DNA of 44,897 bases, the filler included, from an uncultured Methanoregulaceae archaeon (GTDB lineage Archaea; Halobacteriota; Methanomicrobia; Methanomicrobiales; Methanospirillaceae): the NCBI GenBank assembly GCA_964530035.1. It is 17 parts of 17 records of this genome, joined end to end, with 100 filler letters (N's around TTAATTAATTAA, not from the genome) between each part and the next. Parts side by side here need not be neighbours in the genome. Positions count along the whole stretch, not along the records: positions 9,535 to 12,548 come from CAZGXZ010000212.1; positions 12,649 to 15,554 come from CAZGXZ010000213.1; positions 15,655 to 18,479 come from CAZGXZ010000214.1; positions 18,580 to 21,365 come from CAZGXZ010000215.1; 13 more parts are not named here. One strand, 5' to 3'. Positions 9,582-19,900 of the stretch are shown one piece after another. The notes under the pieces were generated by a model. That model searched no databases. It was not told the DNA's origin and saw nothing but the letters and a program-made list of their open reading frames with translations. The position numbers and the translations under genes were made by a program. Position 1 is the stretch's first letter. Every line of letters starts with the position of its first letter.

Positions 9582-11015
9582 ATGATCCAGGGAGTAAAAC
9601 GGCTCGGACCGTTTGAATGGGAAATTCCGGTAGGATTGGTCCCCGGCATGCATGCACCCGGCCGGTTCTACCTGTCCGAGAGTCTTATGCAGACCCTCGA
9701 GGAGGGTGCGGTACTCCAGCTTGCGAATGTTGCCACACTCCCGGGGATCGTCAGATATTCCCTTGCAATGCCGGACATTCACTGGGGGTACGGCTTTCCC
9801 ATTGGCGGTGTTGCGGCATTTTCCGTTGATGATGGAGTCATATCTCCTGGTGGAGTTGGCTTTGATATCAACTGCGGAGTCCGGCTCCTCACGACACCAC
9901 TGACGGTGGACACCTGTACCGGGCGGCAGGGCCTCATCGATGATCTGTACCGGGCAGTCCCTACCGGTGTCGGTGCAAGGGGCAGCATCAGGTTGTCCAA
10001 AAAGGATCTGCGCGGGATGATGGAAGAAGGTGCCCGCTGGGCTGTTGACCAGGGATACGGCATCAAGGAAGATCTCGGGCATTGTGAGGATGGGGGCTGC
10101 ATGAAGGGGGCTCTGAGCGATCAGGTTTCGGAAAAGGCGCAACAGAGAGGGATGCCCCAGAGCGGGACCCTTGGCGCAGGAAACCATTTCCTCGAGGTCC
10201 AGGTTGTCGGAGAGATCTACGATGAAGCAGCTGCCAGAGTGTACGGGCTTGCAAAGGGACAGATCTGTATCATGATCCATTGTGGGTCACGCGGACTTGG
10301 TCACCAGACATGCACCGACCATCTGAAAATTCTCGAAGGGGCAACAAAAAAATATCATATATCTATTCCAGACCGCCAGCTTGCCTGTGCCCCCATCACC
10401 TCGTCAGAAGGATCGAATTATTACGGGGCCATGGCGGCCTCGGCGAATTATGCATGGGCAAACCGGCAGGTTATCATGCACGCTACCCGTTCCGTCCTGT
10501 CGGAAAGGTATGATATTGAAGAGGAAGAGATGCACCTCCTGTATGACGTCGCCCACAATGTCGCCAAGAAAGAGGAGCATGTTGTAGACGGGGCGACCAG
10601 CCAGGTATGTGTCCACCGCAAAGGTGCCACCAGGGCGTTCGGTCCGGGCCGGGTGGAAATACCTCCGGTATTCAGGGACACAGGACAACCCGTAATTATT
10701 CCCGGCAGTATGGGCTCCCCGAGTTTCGTCCTGAAAGGTACCCGGGATGCCATGGAAAAAACATTTGGAAGTACCTGCCACGGATCAGGCAGGGTCATGA
10801 GCAGGGCCAAGGCTAAAAAAACGTTTTCAGGAAGGGAGATCCGGGAAAACCTGATGAAAAAAGGGATTGTTGTCCGGGCGCCCCATGACGGGGCTATCGT
10901 TGAGGAGGCCCCGGGTGTGTACAAGTCAAGTGATGAAGTGGTACGGGTTGTCGACCAGGCAGGGCTCTCTTTAAGGGTAGCCCGCCTCGAGCCGCTCGGG
11001 GTGATCAAGGGATGA
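9582..11015 (+). CDS. rtcB: tRNA-splicing ligase RtcB
   Basis: MPDIHWGYGFPIGGV, GFDINCG, GTLGAGNHFLE, HCGSRG, HRKGAT, CHGSGR, EEAPGVYK. Confidence 0.98.
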   Translation: MIQGVKRLGPFEWEIPVGLVPGMHAPGRFYLSESLMQTLEEGAVLQLANVATLPGIVRYSLAMPDIHWGYGFPIGGVAAFSVDDGVISPGGVGFDINCGVRLLTTPLTVDTCTGRQGLIDDLYRAVPTGVGARGSIRLSKKDLRGMMEEGARWAVDQGYGIKEDLGHCEDGGCMKGALSDQVSEKAQQRGMPQSGTLGAGNHFLEVQVVGEIYDEAAARVYGLAKGQICIMIHCGSRGLGHQTCTDHLKILEGATKKYHISIPDRQLACAPITSSEGSNYYGAMAASANYAWANRQVIMHATRSVLSERYDIEEEEMHLLYDVAHNVAKKEEHVVDGATSQVCVHRKGATRAFGPGRVEIPPVFRDTGQPVIIPGSMGSPSFVLKGTRDAMEKTFGSTCHGSGRVMSRAKAKKTFSGREIRENLMKKGIVVRAPHDGAIVEEAPGVYKSSDEVVRVVDQAGLSLRVARLEPLGVIKG

Positions 11016-11587
11016 TACGACGTGCAGGCCTGCTTTGGGACACCCCGCTCGTTTTTAAACGCCTGGTTGAGGACTCGGGGGTCACCTGTGAACTCGTCAC
11101 CCCCCACCTCCTTGCAGCCCCCTTTTTCAGGGGAAGTTTTGTAACGCTCATCGTCCCGACCGGTTTTGCAAATCGCAAGTACTCGTCCCTGCTCCCTGCT
11201 CTGAAAGCCGCATCGGGGAGGATAAACACATTCCTTGAAAAAGGAGGAAGGATGCTTGTGTATGGTGCCGGAGATGACAGACCGGACTCGTATGATTGGC
11301 TCCCGTTCACCGTTTTATACCGACAGGAGTACACAAGCTGTAAGCTCGCGGCTGAAGGTGAGGGGGACCAGGTGAAGTTATTGGAGGGCTTTGAGAACGG
11401 CAAGGTTGATTGTGACGGATGGTTTCCCAAACATGACGGTGAAACACTTCTTGCCTGCGATGGCCGGGCTGTATGCATCAGAGTCAGGGTCGGCAATGGG
11501 GTTGTGTTTCTGACCTCGATCCATGAGTACCCGTCCCGCTGTTTCCTTTCCTCGTTTTGCGAGGCGGGACACGAAACATTATTCTGA
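11012..11587 (+). CDS. Conserved hypothetical protein, possibly class I glutamine amidotransferase-like fold
   Basis: ATGA overlap with rtcB. LIVPTGF...FLEKGGRMLVYG pattern. Confidence 0.7.
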   Translation: MIRRAGLLWDTPLVFKRLVEDSGVTCELVTPHLLAAPFFRGSFVTLIVPTGFANRKYSSLLPALKAASGRINTFLEKGGRMLVYGAGDDRPDSYDWLPFTVLYRQEYTSCKLAAEGEGDQVKLLEGFENGKVDCDGWFPKHDGETLLACDGRAVCIRVRVGNGVVFLTSIHEYPSRCFLSSFCEAGHETLF

Positions 11588-11618
11588 CAAACGCAAGAAG
11601 GACTATGAGGATCACCCC

Positions 11619-12041
11619 ATGAACCGGTATACCATCTCGGAAAAGTCAACAGCAGGAGATTTCATCCCCGTGGCACTTGCCCTTCATGACCTCCTGTCGG
11701 AACTCCCGGTGACCGCGAGATCCCGTGAAAATCCCGGTGTGAGAATAGAGGGTGGCAGAGTAATTGATTCATCATATTCCGGCCCCGTCCTTGAAGAGGT
11801 CATTCAGTTAAACACCCGTATCAAGAAAACTCCGTCAAGCGGGCCATACAAAGGAGTACCGGTCATTGTCGCTCCTGTCAGGGATGCGCAGGGGGATGCA
11901 ATAGGGGCCATCGGTGTCGTGGATATTACAGGAATATTCGACCTTGCCACCCTCATGGAACACCAGGCAGCCATTTTAAAGCAGGTCTGTGGCAAGGATC
12001 CATGTCCCCTGCCAGAGGAACAGTCCGGTTCGAAGAGATGA
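11619..12041 (+). CDS. DUF2111 family methanogen protein
   Basis: LPVTARS..PGVRIE.G.VID..YSGPVLEEV..GPYKGVPVIVAP..IGAIGVVD. ATG at 11619 follows GAGG. Confidence 0.85.
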   Translation: MNRYTISEKSTAGDFIPVALALHDLLSELPVTARSRENPGVRIEGGRVIDSSYSGPVLEEVIQLNTRIKKTPSSGPYKGVPVIVAPVRDAQGDAIGAIGVVDITGIFDLATLMEHQAAILKQVCGKDPCPLPEEQSGSKR

Positions 12042-12051
12042 GGTTTCCTAT

Positions 12052-12548
12052 ATGTACGCTGCAGCTTTTCGGGTTCTTGAAATCCTGGACGGGGCAGGAG
12101 AGCCGGTATCAGGTGAGGTCATCAGTGAAAAGCTCGGTATTTCCCGATCTGCGGTCTGGAAGCACATCACCGAGCTCCGGAACATGGGATATGACATCCA
12201 GGCCTCCCAGAAGGAAGGGTATGTCCTGAACAAGGCAAGCAACCGCCTGCTTCCGTATGAGGTTTACAAGCACCTCCGGACATCGTTCATTGGAAGGAAG
12301 ATGCGTTACTTCGAACGGACGCCATCGACGATCTGGATTGCAAGGAAACTCGCGGAAGACGGGAATGCTGAGGACCTGCACGGCATGATGGTCATCGCCG
12401 AGGAACAGACCGGTGGGGTTGGGCGGCTTGGCCGTTCGTGGGCGTCGCCCGCAGGCGGGCTCTGGATAACCATCATCCTTACCCCGAACATCCCGATAGA
12501 ACAACTCTACCTGCTCACCATCGCCGGTTCGGTTGCCGTCGTCAGGGT
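12052..12548 (+). CDS. birA: Bifunctional biotin ligase/repressor (3' truncated)
   Basis: HTH VSGEVISEKLGISRSAVWKHI; AEEQTGGVGRLGRSWASP.GG. Confidence 0.95.
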
Positions 12549-12815
12549 NNNNNNNNNNNNNNNNNNNNNNNNNNNNNNNNNNNNNNNNNNNNTTAATTAA
12601 TTAANNNNNNNNNNNNNNNNNNNNNNNNNNNNNNNNNNNNNNNNNNNNGGTCTCACGGAAGTTCGATGGCCTCCGGACGAAGGCACTCATGCCACTGGTG
12701 CGGCTGGTTTTTTCTGACAGGACCAAGGAAGAATGAGCATATCAGAGGATAATGAACAGATACCTCGCCTGGATGCCCCCGGAAGCTTGATAGACAGGGA
12801 AGACCACGTTCAGCT

Positions 12816-13319
12816 ATGCAGAAAACCGTGTTCGTCCTCGCCGCCCTCGGCATGCTCCTCCTCGGTGCGGCTTGCGTGGAAAGCGCCGCCGACTGGGACA
12901 GGGCGGGTGTGACCCACCACACCATGGGGAGATACGAGGAAGCGGTTGCAGCTTTCGACAGGGCGCTCTCCATCGACCCGCAGTACGCCACGGCATGGAG
13001 GGACAGGGGCCTTTCCCTCGCCCTCCTCGCGAGAGCAAACGAGTCTGAGGAGTCGTTTGCAAAGGCCCTTGCCATCAGCCCGGGGGATGCCAGCATATCC
13101 TATTACCAGGCCCTTGCAAGGAATGCCACAGGCAACAGGGCAGGTGCGTTGCAGAGCCTTGAAAAGGCGGTTTCAATCCAGCCAAGGTCACGGGACGAGG
13201 GGATATCCCTCCATGGGTACCTCACCTACCAGGGGCAGCTGCTCACCCTCGAAGGCCGTCATGATGAGGCGAATGTCTCATACCGCAGGGCACAGGAAAT
13301 CCTCATGAGCACGATCTGA
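12816..13319 (+). CDS. Exported tetratricopeptide repeat protein
   Basis: Signal peptide. TPR pattern GRYEEAVAAFDRALSIDPQYATAW, repeated. Confidence 0.88.
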   Translation: MQKTVFVLAALGMLLLGAACVESAADWDRAGVTHHTMGRYEEAVAAFDRALSIDPQYATAWRDRGLSLALLARANESEESFAKALAISPGDASISYYQALARNATGNRAGALQSLEKAVSIQPRSRDEGISLHGYLTYQGQLLTLEGRHDEANVSYRRAQEILMSTI

Positions 13320-13390
13320 AGGCATCTTCCATAGCGCCCCGGCCGGTTTCACCGGGTTCGTGCATGTGGCCGCTGCGCACGGGCACCCTG

Positions 13391-14965
13391 TCAGGGCGTC
13401 CCTGGCATATTTTTATCCTCTGAAAAACGAAAGACCCCTTTTGGGACCTGGATCTCAAAACGGGCCCCCTTTCCAGGGGTACCTGTCTCCCTCAGGACCA
13501 TCCCGGTGATCGAGAGGATCTCTGCAGCCAGAAAAAGGCTCATCCCCGACTCACCAATATTTTTTCTCGTGAACAGGTCTGTTTTCAACTCCTCGGGTAT
13601 TCCCGGCCCGTTGTCCTCGAAGATGATGGTGAGCCCCTGGGGTGAGACCTCATACCAGAGCGAGAGCTCGGTCGCGTTTTCTGCGTGGTGGAGCACGTTC
13701 TCGGTCAGGATGAAAAACACCTTCTCGAGGAGCGGGTCGGCATAGACCTCGAGGCCCTCGATATGGACGTTCCTCGATAGTCTGAGGATATCGGTATGGG
13801 AAATGGCATACAGGAAGGTCAGGAGGACGTTCTGCCACTCGGGGGGCTTTAAGCCGAGGTTCTGGTAGTTTTTTGAGAACGTGATGGAGTCCGCAATCTT
13901 CCGGAGCATCTCCACCTCCTTGGTGACATACTCCTCGTTGACACTCCCTGCCGTGCCCTTTTTCAGGAGGTCAACATAACCGGACAGGCAGAACGCGGCA
14001 TTCTGGATGCTTTCGAACGTGATTCCGGTCAGGAGGTTGAGCTTGTTGGTCGCTCTCCTGAGTGCCTCCTCCAGTTGCACGCGTTCGGTGATATCCTCTG
14101 ATATGCCGAGGAGGTACCTGGGCTCGCCCTGTTCATCGAGGAGGGGTATCTTCTTGGTGTGCAGGATCCGTTTCCCGCCGTCCCGCGTGATGATCGGTTC
14201 CTCAGGGACATCGATGATTTTTCCTTCCCTGATAGTCTCCCTGTCCTTTTCCATGAAGAAGTTTGCATGGGCGAAGGGGAAGAAATCGGTGTCCTTCCTG
14301 CCGCACAACTCTTCCCTGCTGTACCCGAGCAGTTCTTCCCCGGCCCGGTTGAACATGACGAAACTAAGGTCACGGGCGTCCTTTACGAAGATCATGTCCG
14401 GGATGTTCTCCACGATGGCGTCGAGGAACTCCTTGTTCCGCCTGAGCTCCTCCTGGGCCCTGGTACGTTCCACGATCTCGTTCTGCAGGTCAGCAACCTT
14501 TTTTTCAAGTTTTCTAAACAGTACCTCGTTGTACTGTTTGAGGATCTCGGGGTCATCCCTGTCGGCCATCGTGCTCGCACCGTGTGACTTCCCGGATGAC
14601 CCGGCAAGGACCTCCCGGATGACCTCGATGAAGACCGCAGGCTTCTGCGGCTTGATAACGAACCGGTCGGCGCCGAGGCGGAGGGCAAGCTGCTCGTCCT
14701 TCGGGTCGGTGTATGTCGCCGTATAAAAGATGAACGGGACCGTGTTGAGCCTCTCGTCGGCCTTCCATTGCCTGCACAGCTCGAACCCGTCCATGACTGG
14801 CATCAGGATATCGGTGATGATGAGGTCCGGGGGGTCCCTTCGCGCCTCGTTGAGGGCCTCAAGGCCGTTGACCGTCGATACCACCTCCATACCGTTGCCT
14901 TTCAGGAGTGCCTCGAGCATGTAGCGGTTCTGGTGAAGGTCGTCGGCAATCAGTACCCGTGTCAT
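13391..14965 (-). CDS. Hybrid REC-PAS-histidine kinase-like protein
   Basis: REC (IADD, TDILMPVMDG, IKP), PAS (ENIPDMIFVKD), HATPase (EDNGPGIP, GARFEI). The H-box lacks His. Confidence 0.9.
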   Translation of the reverse strand: MTRVLIADDLHQNRYMLEALLKGNGMEVVSTVNGLEALNEARRDPPDLIITDILMPVMDGFELCRQWKADERLNTVPFIFYTATYTDPKDEQLALRLGADRFVIKPQKPAVFIEVIREVLAGSSGKSHGASTMADRDDPEILKQYNEVLFRKLEKKVADLQNEIVERTRAQEELRRNKEFLDAIVENIPDMIFVKDARDLSFVMFNRAGEELLGYSREELCGRKDTDFFPFAHANFFMEKDRETIREGKIIDVPEEPIITRDGGKRILHTKKIPLLDEQGEPRYLLGISEDITERVQLEEALRRATNKLNLLTGITFESIQNAAFCLSGYVDLLKKGTAGSVNEEYVTKEVEMLRKIADSITFSKNYQNLGLKPPEWQNVLLTFLYAISHTDILRLSRNVHIEGLEVYADPLLEKVFFILTENVLHHAENATELSLWYEVSPQGLTIIFEDNGPGIPEELKTDLFTRKNIGESGMSLFLAAEILSITGMVLRETGTPGKGARFEIQVPKGVFRFSEDKNMPGTP

Positions 14966-14973
14966 CAGTCAGT

Positions 14974-15354
14974 TCACTCGGAGGAAGTACTATGTAGGTA
15001 TTCTTCAATCTGGCCGGTAAAGGTTTTGGGGTTGATCGGTTTTTCGATGTATCCCGTGCAGCCTGCGCTGATCGCCTTTTCGCGGTCACCCGCCATGGCA
15101 TACGAGGTAAGGGCAACGATCGGCGTGCCGGAGTTCAACGGGTCCTTCTTCAGCTCGCGTGCCGTTTCGTACCCGTCCATCACCGGGAGCTGGATATCGA
15201 GGAGGATGATGCGGGGTCGGACTGATTTCGCCATTTCAACTCCCTCTCTGCCGTCCCTGGCCCTGATGACCTCATACCCCGCATTGGCCAGGATGAACTG
15301 GACGAGGTAGAAGTTCTGGTCGTTGTCCTCGATGTAGAGAATCCTGCCTTTCAT
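14974..15354 (-). CDS. Single-domain response regulator (DivK-like)
   Basis: [32 protein letters not shown]. Confidence 0.95.
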   Translation of the reverse strand: MKGRILYIEDNDQNFYLVQFILANAGYEVIRARDGREGVEMAKSVRPRIILLDIQLPVMDGYETARELKKDPLNSGTPIVALTSYAMAGDREKAISAGCTGYIEKPINPKTFTGQIEEYLHSTSSE

Positions 15355-15554
15355 GGTCCGCTCCTGTCAACCGGCATCATGAATGAGAACGTGCTGCCCC
15401 GGCCCTTTTCGCTTTCCACTTCCACCGTTCCACCCATCATCTCCACGAGGCGGCGGGAGATCGACAGGCCAAGGCCGGTTCCTTCGTACTGCCTGGTCAG
15501 TCCTGTATCGATCTGGCTGAACGGCCTGAAGAGCTTATCCATGTCTTCCTGCGC
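15351..15554 (-). CDS. Sensor histidine kinase, C-terminal HATPase fragment
   Basis: [24 protein letters not shown]. The stop overlaps the next ATG. Confidence 0.92.
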   Translation of the reverse strand, partial: AQEDMDKLFRPFSQIDTGLTRQYEGTGLGLSISRRLVEMMGGTVEVESEKGRGSTFSFMMPVDRSGP

Positions 15555-16012
15555 NNNNNNNNNNNNNNNNNNNNNNNNNNNNNNNNNNNNNNNNNNNNTT
15601 AATTAATTAANNNNNNNNNNNNNNNNNNNNNNNNNNNNNNNNNNNNNNNNNNNNGGGCTACCGCCCTCGACCCGGGGCGACCTGCGGTCACCTCCATTTC
15701 TTCAGTAAATCTTGAATAGTCCTGGTAGGAGTGATGAGATAGAACGCGGCGGCGATTCAAAACTATTCACATTGGCCTTGAAAACGTAATTATTGTCTGG
15801 TACTGACAAAACAACATGGAAAACCGCCTCACTGTAACACGAGAATATTCACATTTTGACAAAAAGGTCGGTGGTTAGATTGTCACTATACCCTTGAGCA
15901 ATAGAGTACGAGTTATGTGAAGGAGCAGGGGGGGCGATTGAGGTGACTGGATTGGTATATAGATTATAACCTTGATCCAGTCTCCGCACAGAAAACAGCG
16001 AGAGGCAGTTGT

Positions 16013-17287
16013 TTATAATCGTGCCCTTTTTTTTGGAGGCTTCATCAGGAAGAATGCAACAAAAAACCCGACGACAGCGAGTGCAAAGACAGCAGGAAAG
16101 ACACCGAGGTAGTTCCCGGTCAGGGTCTTAACGATTCCGGCGAGTTGCGGGCCGGCAATGGCGCCTGCTCCATACGCGAGGAACACCACACCATAGCACC
16201 TCGGATAATCGGAGATCCCGAAATACTGGGCAGTGACCGTTGGTGCGATGGCGAGCCAGCCCCCGAGGCATCCCCAGAGCAGTGCAAATGCGGCGATATA
16301 CCCGGGAATAGTCGGGACCAGCCACATCAGGAGTCCGGCGGCAGCGATGAGCACGAACGAGAGTAGTGCGGTATTCCTGGGATTGATTCGGTCCGTGAGC
16401 ATCCCAAAAAGCGGCCGCCCTCCGCCATTGAAGAGGGCAAAGAATGCCACGAGAGATGTGGCGAGACCGGTCTCGATGTGGACAAGCTCGGTCCCGGCGG
16501 GTTTTGCGATCGAGACCGCCATCAGACCTGCGATGCTCCCGATAAAGTAACAGATGAAGAGACCACAGAATGCCGGGGTCCGGACCATCTCCCGTCGTGT
16601 GAATTCCGGGGTTTCGTCATGGAACTCTCCCGGAAGCGCAGGGTTCCAGCCCCGGGGTTTCCAGCCCGGAGGGGGATACGTGAGCGGGAGCGCCATCGGG
16701 ACCGTGATTGCGAGAATCCCGATTCCGAAGATGAGGAACGTGGCCATGATGCCATAGGAGTTGATAAGATAGCCGGCAAGGTTCGCAGTGACCACCGCAG
16801 AGAAGCCGACCCCAAGCACGGTCATTCCCACCGCAAGCCCCCTCCTGTCCGGGAACCATCTGGCAGCAACGGCGATCGTTGTCCCGTAGGCAATCCCCAC
16901 ACCCATCCCGCCAATCACCCCGAAAAGGACCGTGAGTGCAAGCATGGACGTTGCGGTTGAGGCGAGGAGCCAGCCAAGACCGGTGAGAATCCCCCCGGTA
17001 ATGATGATGATCCGGGGCTGGAATCTCTCGACATATCCCCCTGTGAGGACCATCGTGACGGAGAAGACCGCGATGAACGCAGAGAAGGGCATCAGCACTT
17101 CGTTCGCGGTGACTGCCTGGCCGAGATCTTTGGAAAAATAGTCCGTAAGGGGCTCGACGAACACACTCCAGGAATAGAGAGTCCCAAGGCACAGGTTGAT
17201 GATCATACCCAGGAGAACGAGGGACCACCTCCCCCTCTCCGGAGGCATGCCGAAGGGGAATGTCAGTCCGCAAGAGGGGCTGTCCAT
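16013..17287 (-). CDS. MFS transporter, OFA (oxalate:formate antiporter / L-lactate MFS) family
   Basis: LGTLYSWSVF, RWFPDRRGLAVG, FNGGGRPLFG, ~12 TM helices. GGAGGTGA RBS upstream of the ATG at 17287. Confidence 0.92.
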   Translation of the reverse strand: MDSPSCGLTFPFGMPPERGRWSLVLLGMIINLCLGTLYSWSVFVEPLTDYFSKDLGQAVTANEVLMPFSAFIAVFSVTMVLTGGYVERFQPRIIIITGGILTGLGWLLASTATSMLALTVLFGVIGGMGVGIAYGTTIAVAARWFPDRRGLAVGMTVLGVGFSAVVTANLAGYLINSYGIMATFLIFGIGILAITVPMALPLTYPPPGWKPRGWNPALPGEFHDETPEFTRREMVRTPAFCGLFICYFIGSIAGLMAVSIAKPAGTELVHIETGLATSLVAFFALFNGGGRPLFGMLTDRINPRNTALLSFVLIAAAGLLMWLVPTIPGYIAAFALLWGCLGGWLAIAPTVTAQYFGISDYPRCYGVVFLAYGAGAIAGPQLAGIVKTLTGNYLGVFPAVFALAVVGFFVAFFLMKPPKKRARL

Positions 17288-17538
17288 GGGGGCATCACCT
17301 CCGGGGATCCGGGAGCGTGGAATAGCATCTCTGTAGCATTTGAGACAGGAGAAAAAAGAGTTACTGCATGATCGACCCCGTTCATGCCCGGTGTCCGGGA
17401 ACCCCGGGGATTGTCTTGGGAGGTTCTCCCGACCTCTCATTTATCTGATGTGGCGTGGTACCCTGTAGGCAACACAGGAGATAAAGGGATTCGATGAAGT
17501 GCTTCCCTGACTCTTTCCTGTCAGTCCAGAGACCGCGT

Positions 17539-18479
17539 ATGACATATACCATTGCCCTCATCAGTCCTGAAGAAAAGGAAACCCTGGCAGTTCATTACAT
17601 GGAAAAGGTCAGGTACGAGATCAAGGCCGAGATATACGGGTGCTGCATCAAGCTTCTGACCGATGATCATACGTTCATGGGCACCTGGCAGGAAAACTTC
17701 TACTCCATGTCGCAGAACGTGAGGTCGCACGGCAGGCTGTTCGTATTCAGCGATCCGGGATACCCGCCGGATACCGTGCTGTTCGATCCCTACACCAAGA
17801 CGGCATTTCTCCTGAATATTCGGTATTACGGCTGGATCAAGTCGATTGCGCTCAGTTGCGCAGGGGATGTCCTGGAAGACCAGCATGGCATCAATTCAGT
17901 GCATGGTGCGTGCATCGATATCGACGGAAGGGGTCTCTGCATCATTGGGCCTTCAGGTGCGGGAAAGACCACCCAGACGTACGGGCTCCTCTCCGATCCC
18001 CGGGTGAGGGTTGTTGCGGACGACTGGTTCTTTACCCGCGTGTTCGACAGGGATATCCTTGGTTTTGGGTCGGAGCGGAACTTCTATATCAGGCAGGATC
18101 TCGAGACCATCTGGACCGAGTTTGGCGGCATGGTCAGGGCGGATGAGTATGATGCCGACGGGAGGGCGGTCGCCGATATCCGCTGGGTCCTCGGGAAGGG
18201 CAGGCTGATCCCGCTCACCACGCTCAGGACTGTGATTATCCTGAAACGCGATCCGACTGATCCCGTGGTTGCAAAACAAATGGACCCTTCAGAGGGTAGT
18301 GAAATGTTCTCCCGGTACGGGTACTTCAACCCGCACCTTCTTGTCCGTGATGCACGGAAAACGGCGATCAGGGACCGGTTTATCGGAAACCTGCTGGATA
18401 GTGCCCAACTTTTCATTGTCAACACCACCGGCACTCCCTCTGCCACGCAGGTGGAGATCCGGAAGATTATCAGTATGGA
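17539..18479 (+). CDS. HPr kinase/PEPCK-like P-loop protein (3' end at contig edge)
   Basis: VHGACID, GPSGAGKTT and VADDW motifs. Confidence 0.8.
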
Positions 18480-18611
18480 NNNNNNNNNNNNNNNNNNNNN
18501 NNNNNNNNNNNNNNNNNNNNNNNTTAATTAATTAANNNNNNNNNNNNNNNNNNNNNNNNNNNNNNNNNNNNNNNNNNNNCCTCTGCTCTTTAAAAGAAAA
18601 ACCCAAAAAAC

Positions 18612-18790
18612 GACTCTATTAAAATGCAAATGAACTGAAGTTCACACCCGAACCATGAAAATTCCCCTTCAAATATCCTTATTATGAGGCCATTTTTTGC
18701 ATTTTCCCAGGAAACTCCCTGATCAGAATCGCCGCTGAAGGAGACCTCTCGTCATGGGGTGAATAAAAATGAAGACAGGGAGGATTTCAA
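18612..18790. repeat. Dispersed intergenic element, copy A
   Basis: Colinear with 44470-44649: about 137/180 identical by manual count, one 1-nt indel. Confidence 0.85.
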
Positions 18791-18832
18791 CGGAGCCCTT
18801 TTTTCCAGAGAAAAGAGTGAGAGAAGAAGATT

Positions 18833-19900
18833 TTAGCCTACAACCCTTTCTACGATGCGACTCGCCGCCTTCCCGTCTCCGAACGGGTTCTCCCAGGCTG
18901 CTTCCTTTTCCATCATCCGCCTGCATGCGTCCACGATGCGCGCAGGATCGGCTCCTGCAAGGAGGTTCCCCCCGGCTTCAACCGTTTCCGGGCGTTCCGT
19001 ATTGTCCCGGAGGGTCACGCAGGGCACCCTGATGATGCAACTTTCCTCCTGTACACCCCCGGAATCGGTGAGGACCAGGCGTGCACCTGCCATGAGGTCC
19101 AGGAACTCAAGGTACCCCTGGGGTTCGACCAGCCTGATCCGGTCATGGGCAATCCCAAAACGGGAAAGCATCTTCCGCGTGCGCGGATGAATTGGAAAGA
19201 GGACCGGGAGGTCATACTCTTCACCTATCCTTGAAAGCCCTTTGAAGATACCTCTCAGCCTTGTTTCGTCGTCGACGTTTTCTGCCCGGTGAGCCGTCAC
19301 CAGGAAGTACCCCCTGGGTTCGAGGCTGAAGGCGGAGAGCGGGTCGACCTTTCGCCGGGCTATCTCCCGGTTCTGGACCAGGGCGTCGACAACCGTGTTC
19401 CCGGTCATGAAGATCTTCTCTTCAGCGATACCTTCGCTCAGAAGGTGAGCGACCGCGCCTTGTGTCGGGGCAAAAAGATATTCGGAGATGTGATCAGCTA
19501 CGATCCGGTTGATCTCCTCGGGCATGCGGCGGTCGAATGACCTCAGGCCTGCCTCCACGTGGCCTACCGGCACATGGAGCTTCACCGCGGCCAGCGCCCC
19601 TGCGAGCACCGTGTTCGTGTCCCCCTGGACCAGGACGACATCCATGGGGTGTCCGGTCAGATATGACTCCACGCCGGCGAGAATCGCACCGGTCTGGACC
19701 GCGTGGGTACCTGACCCCACGTCAAGGTTAATGTCAGGCTCCGGTAGTTCCAGCTGCTCGAAAAAGGCCCTGTCCATCTCGTATGAATAGTGCTGCCCGG
19801 TATGGATGAGAGAGAAAGGTATGCCTCTCTCTCTGCACTCCCGGATGATCGGGCTCATCTTGATGATTTCAGGACGGGTGCCGAGGATAATACCAATCAT
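18833..19900 (-). CDS. wecB: UDP-N-acetylglucosamine 2-epimerase (non-hydrolysing)
   Basis: GTRPEIIK, HTGQHY, QGDTNT, HVEAGLRS, PEEINR, TDSGGVQEE, NPFGDG. Confidence 0.97.
   Translation of the reverse strand: MIGIILGTRPEIIKMSPIIRECRERGIPFSLIHTGQHYSYEMDRAFFEQLELPEPDINLDVGSGTHAVQTGAILAGVESYLTGHPMDVVLVQGDTNTVLAGALAAVKLHVPVGHVEAGLRSFDRRMPEEINRIVADHISEYLFAPTQGAVAHLLSEGIAEEKIFMTGNTVVDALVQNREIARRKVDPLSAFSLEPRGYFLVTAHRAENVDDETRLRGIFKGLSRIGEEYDLPVLFPIHPRTRKMLSRFGIAHDRIRLVEPQGYLEFLDLMAGARLVLTDSGGVQEESCIIRVPCVTLRDNTERPETVEAGGNLLAGADPARIVDACRRMMEKEAAWENPFGDGKAASRIVERVVG

Noticed and set aside
15764..15864. Repeated TATTCACATT and TGACAAAA motifs in an AT-rich spacer
   Set aside because: Short, irregularly spaced and plausible by chance. 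The regulated gene would be off-contig.
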